Shown here piece by piece: positions 58,995 through 64,000 of a stretch of DNA of 64,000 nt. The notes beneath the pieces are model-generated. The model did not search any database. It was given only the letters and a program-made list of their open reading frames with translations, and had not been told where the DNA came from. Position 1 is the stretch's first letter. The number at the start of each line of letters is the position of its first letter. The DNA is from Candidatus Caldarchaeales archaeon (GTDB lineage Archaea; Thermoproteota; Nitrososphaeria_A; Caldarchaeales; Calditenuaceae), in contig JBCNVM010000001.1 in NCBI GenBank assembly GCA_039630085.1, forward strand, positions 64,001-128,000. Reading direction: 5' to 3'. Made by a program: the position numbers and the translations under genes.

Positions 58995-59927
58995 ATGCCT
59001 GAGCGGTTAGCGGTCGTGGGAGGAGGAGTCGTGGGGAGCTTCGCGGCGATGTCGGCCGCGCTGGACGGACTGGACGCGACGGTGATCGACCCCAGGGGCC
59101 CGCTGGGCGGAGCGGCGTCGAGGTCCGCGGGCGTGAGCTACGAGCTGCTCTCGCCGGACGACGTGAGGCACAGGTGGCCGGAACTCCGGGTCAACGAGGG
59201 CGAGCTCTCCGTCTACACGGACCTGGACCTCTCGGTCGAGCCGACGCTCCTCGCGTCCGAGGTCGAGGCGAGGCTGAAGGAGCTGGGCGTGAGGGTGTTG
59301 AGGGACGAGGCCTCCTCGATCAGGGTCTCCGGAGGATCCGCGACCGGGGTCTCGCTCGCGGGCGGCGAGCTGCTCAGCGCTGACTCGGTGATCCTAGCGG
59401 CCGGCGCCCACAACAGGGACCTCTTGGGCAGGCTGGGGCTGAGCTTAAGGGTCGCGGTCATCACGTGCTACGCGTATCGCTTCGACCTCGGGAGGGAACT
59501 GGGCCTTCCCTGCTTCTCCGACGAGCGCCGCCACTCCTACTGGAGGCCCTGGGGCTCCGAGATGGTGGGGGGCGGGTACGACGCGGAGTGGTCCGACGAA
59601 CCGGTCTACGAGCACCGGGAGCCTCCCCGCTCCTACGTCGAGAGGTCGCTCAGGATGCTCACCTACAGGCTCAGGGCCCAAGTCAGGCCGGTGTACGTCC
59701 GCAGCGTCAGCGGCCCCTGCGAGATAACCGAGGACTTCGAGCCCTACCTCGGTGAGGTCGAGGGGGTCTCGAACCTCGTCGTCGCGGGAGGTTTGAGGGG
59801 CTACGGCCTGATGCGGGGCCCGAGGCTCGGCGAGATGGCGTACGCGGTCGCGGCCGGGAAACGGGTTCCGCCCGTCGTCGCGAAATACGGCCTCAGGAGG
59901 CTCCTGACGCCCACCGACGTCCGTTAG
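58995..59927 (+). CDS. FAD-dependent oxidoreductase (DAO/glycine oxidase/sarcosine oxidase family), apparently internally shortened
   Basis: VVGGGVVG Rossmann motif, ASRSAG, VILAAGA, TEDFEPYLG, GYGLMRGP. Confidence 0.75.
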   Translation: MPERLAVVGGGVVGSFAAMSAALDGLDATVIDPRGPLGGAASRSAGVSYELLSPDDVRHRWPELRVNEGELSVYTDLDLSVEPTLLASEVEARLKELGVRVLRDEASSIRVSGGSATGVSLAGGELLSADSVILAAGAHNRDLLGRLGLSLRVAVITCYAYRFDLGRELGLPCFSDERRHSYWRPWGSEMVGGGYDAEWSDEPVYEHREPPRSYVERSLRMLTYRLRAQVRPVYVRSVSGPCEITEDFEPYLGEVEGVSNLVVAGGLRGYGLMRGPRLGEMAYAVAAGKRVPPVVAKYGLRRLLTPTDVR

Positions 59928-59969
59928 GTTTGCTTTATTAGTGGAGCTGCGTTTGTTTTACGTGCGGGC

Positions 59970-61238
59970 ATGTCTCTCCAAGCCCCTTCGCTCAAGGGCC
60001 ATGAGTTCTTGGCGGAGGTCCTCAGGAGGGTCAAGGAGAGCATAGAGGTCACGCGCGTCGGGTACGATTACTACGAGTTCCTGAGGTACCCCAAGGTCCA
60101 GCTCACCGTCTCGATACCGGTGAAGATGCGGGACGGCTCCGTCAGAACCTTCGTCGGGTACAGGGTCCAGCACAACAACGCGAGGGGGCCCTACAAGGGC
60201 GGGATCAGGTACTACCCGACGACCGACCTCGACGAGGTGACCGCGCTCGCGATGCTGATGACCTACAAGTGCGCGGTCGTGGACCTCCCCTACGGCGGAG
60301 CGAAAGGAGGAGTCCAGTGCAACCCGAAGGAGCTGAACAGGGACGAGCTCGAGCGGATCACGAGGAGGTACACCTACATGATCGCGGACATCATCGGCCC
60401 CTACAAGGACATCCCCGCACCCGACGTCTACACCGACGCGCAGGTGATGGCGTGGCTGATGGACACGTACTCCCAGATCGTCGGGAAGCTCACGCCCGAG
60501 GTCGTTACCGGGAAGCCCGTGGCGCTCGGCGGGAGCGAGGGCAGGGAGGAGGCCACGGGTCTGGGCACCGCGATAGGCGCGAGGGAGGCGGTCAAGGCCC
60601 TGAACGTGGGCATGAAGGGGATCAGGGTCGCGGTGGAGGGCTTCGGGAACGTTGGGAGCTATGCGGCCCGCTACCTCCACAGCTGGGGGGCGAAGGTGGT
60701 CGCGGTCAGCGACAGCAAGGGAGCCATCTACAGCCCGGAGGGCCTGAACGTCCCCGCCCTGATCGAGCACAAGAGGAGGACCGGGACCGTGCTGGGCTTC
60801 GACGGCGCCATGACCATCACCCACACGGAGCTCCTGCACCTCGACGTCGAGGTCCTGATACCCTCGGCCATCGAGGGGTCCATAAATGCGAAGACCGTCG
60901 ACGGAATCAGGGCTAAGGTCATCAGCGAGGGCGCGAACGGTCCCACCACCTCCGACGCCGACAGGGTCCTAAGGGAGAAGGGGGTCTTCGTGGTGCCCGA
61001 CATCCTCGCGAACGCCGGAGGCGTGACCGTCAGCTACTTCGAGTGGGTCCAGAACCTGAAGCGCGAGAAGTGGCCGAAGGAGGAGGTCCTCTCGAGGATG
61101 GAGGCGAAGCTGGTGAGGGCCTTCCAGGACGTGATCGGCTCCGCGAGGAAGTACGAGGTCGACAACAGGTCCGCGGCCTTCTGCCTGGCCGTGGAGAGGG
61201 TCTGCGAGGCCATCAGGCTGCTCGGGATCTGGCCGTAG
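59970..61238 (+). CDS. gdhA: glutamate dehydrogenase
   Basis: RGPYKGGIRY, LPYGGAKGG, DIPAPDV, TGKP, GFGNVG, EGANGP, PDILANAGGV. Confidence 0.96.
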   Translation: MSLQAPSLKGHEFLAEVLRRVKESIEVTRVGYDYYEFLRYPKVQLTVSIPVKMRDGSVRTFVGYRVQHNNARGPYKGGIRYYPTTDLDEVTALAMLMTYKCAVVDLPYGGAKGGVQCNPKELNRDELERITRRYTYMIADIIGPYKDIPAPDVYTDAQVMAWLMDTYSQIVGKLTPEVVTGKPVALGGSEGREEATGLGTAIGAREAVKALNVGMKGIRVAVEGFGNVGSYAARYLHSWGAKVVAVSDSKGAIYSPEGLNVPALIEHKRRTGTVLGFDGAMTITHTELLHLDVEVLIPSAIEGSINAKTVDGIRAKVISEGANGPTTSDADRVLREKGVFVVPDILANAGGVTVSYFEWVQNLKREKWPKEEVLSRMEAKLVRAFQDVIGSARKYEVDNRSAAFCLAVERVCEAIRLLGIWP

Positions 61239-61242
61239 CAGG

Positions 61243-62094
61243 TCACCGGTCGAAGGCGATCGAGGCGTACCCGACCACCGAGGACCTGTCGCCGCCCGTG
61301 TCACCGCTCGTGGCATATTTCAGAAGTCTGGCCCTGGTGAAGGACTTCAATTTGGCGTACTGTATGACCGCGGCTATCGGCCCATAGCCGCAGAGCGTCG
61401 CGTCGACCTCCCTCATGGTCCTGTAGAACCCGTCGACGTCGAGGTTCAGGATCCTCGAGATGACGGCGGAGTCCCTCCTGACCGCCTCCTCGTGGGGCTC
61501 GTAGTGGGTGAAGTCGCTGCTGGCTATCACCGCGACCTCCTCCGGGCGCTCTACCGCCGCCGCGAGGGCCCTTCCGACCTCGATCGCGGCCTCCTTCGTC
61601 TGGTCGAGCATGCAGACCGGGACGAACTTGATGCCCTCGCCGTAGACGAACTGGATGAAGGGGACCTGCACCTCTATCGAGTGCTCCCTCTCGTGGCTGA
61701 CCTCGTCGAGCGTGAAGACGTCCGATGCGGCCGCGAGCCTCGAGACTAGCTCCACGTCGACCTCGATGTCCCCGAGGGGCGTGGACCACTTCCCTCCCGG
61801 ATAGATCGAGACGTCGGAGCCTATGCCGTAGTGGTTCGGCCCTACCACCACGACCGTCCTCGGCCTCCTCCTCTTGGAGAGCTCGAGGTAGCCGTGCGCG
61901 GCGACGGGGCCCGAGTAGACGTAGCCCGCGTGGGGCGAGATCAGGACCGGCACCGGGTCGCCCGACGGCGGAGGCCTCTCCGCGAGCCTGCCGGGGCCGT
62001 GGGGCGAGAGGAAGCAGGACCTTATCTCCTCCGAGAGCGACTCTCTGGTGCCCGCGTAGAAGAACGAGGCGACGGCCGGCCTCCTCCTCATCAA
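61243..62094 (-). CDS. MEMO1 family protein
   Basis: PHAGYVYSG, GPNH, EHSIEVQVPF, ASSDFTHY, CGYGP, YATSGD, VVGY. Confidence 0.92.
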   Translation of the reverse strand: MMRRRPAVASFFYAGTRESLSEEIRSCFLSPHGPGRLAERPPPSGDPVPVLISPHAGYVYSGPVAAHGYLELSKRRRPRTVVVVGPNHYGIGSDVSIYPGGKWSTPLGDIEVDVELVSRLAAASDVFTLDEVSHEREHSIEVQVPFIQFVYGEGIKFVPVCMLDQTKEAAIEVGRALAAAVERPEEVAVIASSDFTHYEPHEEAVRRDSAVISRILNLDVDGFYRTMREVDATLCGYGPIAAVIQYAKLKSFTRARLLKYATSGDTGGDRSSVVGYASIAFDR

Positions 62095-62123
62095 GGTCCT
62101 ACGGCCTCCTCAAGGGATAAGCC

Positions 62124-62366
62124 TTAGCCTCCGCTCCGCTCGTCTCCGGAGCGACCGCGCTTCGGAACGGGGGCGGTGAGGGCGACGTACCCGAGGAGCG
62201 CGACCAGAAGCATGAGGCCGACCGAGATGGCGTAGACGCTCCAGGTTATCAGGACCTCCTTCTCCACGAGCCTCACCAGCCCCGTCATCACGCCGGTGTA
62301 GACCGCGACCCCGAGGATCCCTCCGACCATCATCAGCGCCCCTACCATCCTGACGAAGAACGCCAA
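62124..62366 (-). CDS. small two-TM membrane protein
   Basis: Two hydrophobic helices and a basic/polar C-terminal tail. Confidence 0.6.
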   Translation of the reverse strand: MAFFVRMVGALMMVGGILGVAVYTGVMTGLVRLVEKEVLITWSVYAISVGLMLLVALLGYVALTAPVPKRGRSGDERSGG

Positions 62367-62470
62367 GCCCCCTCGACCCGGACCGCTCCCTTGGAGAGAT
62401 AGAGGTTTCCCGAAGGGGGACCGCGGGGGAGCTGATCGGTTTTTATCCTGAGGGCCCGTGAGGCGGAGGG

Positions 62471-62986
62471 ATGAAGGCGAAGAACTTCAGGGCGATCGAG
62501 AGGCCGTACACGCGGGTCGACATGATAGCGGGCGCTCCGCAGCCGAGGATCGCGAAGTACGACTACGGCTCTTGGAGGGAGAACTACGAGTACAGGCTGG
62601 ACCTAGTGACGAACACCGACTGTCAGATTCGGGACGTGGCCCTCGAGTCGTCCAGGGTCGCGGCGGGGAAGTTCCTCAGCTCGAAGATCGGGAACGACTT
62701 CTACCTCGTGATCAAGGCCCACCCGCACCACGTCCTGAGGGAGAACAAGCTGATCTTCGGGGCCCACGCCGACAGGCTACAGGAGGGCATGAGCAGGGCC
62801 TTCGGGAGGCCGGTGGGAAGGGCCGCGCAGGTCTTCGCGGGGAAGGAGGTGATGAGCCTCTACGTCGACGGCAAGAACCTCGAGCTCGGGAAGGAGGCGC
62901 TGAGGATCGCCGCCAGCAAGCTCCCGAAGGACTACAGGATCGTCGTGACCAAGTTGGCGGAGGCCGAGGCCGGGCAGCCCCACTGA
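62471..62986 (+). CDS. rpl10e: 50S ribosomal protein uL16 (L10e)
   Basis: QIRDVALESSR, PHHVLRENK, ADRLQEGM-x-RAFGRPVGRAA, AASKLP. Confidence 0.95.
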   Translation: MKAKNFRAIERPYTRVDMIAGAPQPRIAKYDYGSWRENYEYRLDLVTNTDCQIRDVALESSRVAAGKFLSSKIGNDFYLVIKAHPHHVLRENKLIFGAHADRLQEGMSRAFGRPVGRAAQVFAGKEVMSLYVDGKNLELGKEALRIAASKLPKDYRIVVTKLAEAEAGQPH

Positions 62987-63034
62987 GCGCATCGCGTATG
63001 GGTTTATGAGAATCCGGCCGGACGGTCCAGCGGG

Positions 63035-63571
63035 TTGAAGCCGGACATCCTAGCAGACCCGGTGATAAAGCACGCCAGGACCGATTACGTCGTCCTCGAC
63101 GAGAACACGTCCGTCTCGGATGCGGTCAGGACGATGCGGGACAGGGGCGTGACCAGCGTCCTCGTCTCGAAGGGAGGGAAGGCGGTTGGTATCGTGACCG
63201 AGAGGGACGTGCTCTACAGGGTGGTGGCGGAGGGGAAGGACCCGAGGAAGGTGAAGCTCGGCGAGATCAAGTCCTCTCCGCTCGTCACCATCTCCCCCGA
63301 CAGGAGGGTCAGCGACGCGATAGCCGTCATGTCCCAGAAAGGGATAAGGAGGATAGTCGTCACGGAGGGCGACAGGGTCCTCGGGGTCCTGACGACCGTC
63401 GCGCTCGCCGGTGAGCTGGTCGAGAAGTCCCTGCTCCCGGAGCTGGAGGAGGAGAAGGGGATCACGTGCCCCTACTGCGGCTCGACGCTGAAGGACGCGA
63501 AGGAGCTCTCCAAGCACATCGACAGGGTCCACATCAGCGAGATGCTGCGCGGCGAGACCGGGAAGTGGTGA
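63035..63571 (+). CDS. CBS-pair protein with C-terminal C2H2 zinc finger
   Basis: GIVTERDVL CBS motifs; CPYCGSTLKDAKELSKHIDRVH. Confidence 0.88.
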   Translation: MKPDILADPVIKHARTDYVVLDENTSVSDAVRTMRDRGVTSVLVSKGGKAVGIVTERDVLYRVVAEGKDPRKVKLGEIKSSPLVTISPDRRVSDAIAVMSQKGIRRIVVTEGDRVLGVLTTVALAGELVEKSLLPELEEEKGITCPYCGSTLKDAKELSKHIDRVHISEMLRGETGKW

Positions 63572-63633
63572 CCTCCTGAAGCTTCGGGCCCCGCGGGACA
63601 AGAATTATCACTCGGCTCGGGCCTCTCGGCTGC

Positions 63634-64000
63634 GTGGAGCTCAGGTGGTTCGTCGCGGCCCTCCTCGCCCTCCTCTTCTGGGGGACTTGGGGCCTCCTCG
63701 GGAGGGTGCTCTCCCAGCAGCTCGGATGGCGGGAGATGACGGCCCTCGCGGCCCTCGGACAGCTCCTCGCGAGCACGAGCTTCATCCTGATCGCGCGGCC
63801 CTCGATCTTCCAATCGCTGCCCCTCGCGGCGCTGGGACTGGTCACGGGGGCTCTCGGCTTCCTCGGCGCCGCCATGTTCTACGTCGCCCTCGAGGCGAAC
63901 CCCTCTTCGATCGTCGTAGTGGCCACCTCGCTCTACCCCATGGTCACGGTCGTGCTGGCCCTCGTCCTGCTGGGGGAGGTCCCCAATCCGCGCCAACTCC
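63634..64000 (+). CDS. EamA/DMT family transporter, runs off the window
   Basis: Manual translation from GTG: MELRWFVAALLALLFWGTWGLLG...FYVALEANPSSIVVVATSLYPMVTVVLALVLLGE. Confidence 0.85.
   Translation, partial: MELRWFVAALLALLFWGTWGLLGRVLSQQLGWREMTALAALGQLLASTSFILIARPSIFQSLPLAALGLVTGALGFLGAAMFYVALEANPSSIVVVATSLYPMVTVVLALVLLGEVPNPRQL

Overview
GC-rich (by eye about two-thirds G+C), gene-dense archaeal chromosome segment. The markers are archaeal: eL37, eL15, eS1, uL16/eL10, TFE, PCNA, GINS15, aTrm56, Taw1, proteasome beta, A-type ATPase A and archaeal-type MAT. Gene content and AGG-dominated Arg usage suggest a thermophilic TACK lineage, possibly Aigarchaeota/Caldarchaeales; this is inference, not tested. 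About 60 mostly housekeeping CDS are present, three of them missed by the ORF track (HerA-like ATPase at the left edge, rpl37e, EamA transporter at the right edge). There are three complete tRNA genes: Leu-GAG, intron-containing Val-CAC, and Asn-GTT with a non-canonically placed intron. No rRNA, CRISPR array, transposase or integrase was recognised. Most notable: (1) a promoter-bearing 5' two-thirds tRNA-Val(CAC) fragment directly in front of a second, divergent, intron-containing tRNA-Val(CAC), which is either a candidate split/trans-spliced tRNA or an integration scar; (2) an N4/N6 DNA methyltransferase coupled to an unknown tandem winged-helix protein, with repeated TTTGAGAATC boxes upstream; (3) a membrane-anchored winged-helix regulator divergent from a SIMPL gene across 10-bp-phased GAAT(A/T)TT repeats; (4) strong dispersal of normally operonic genes.
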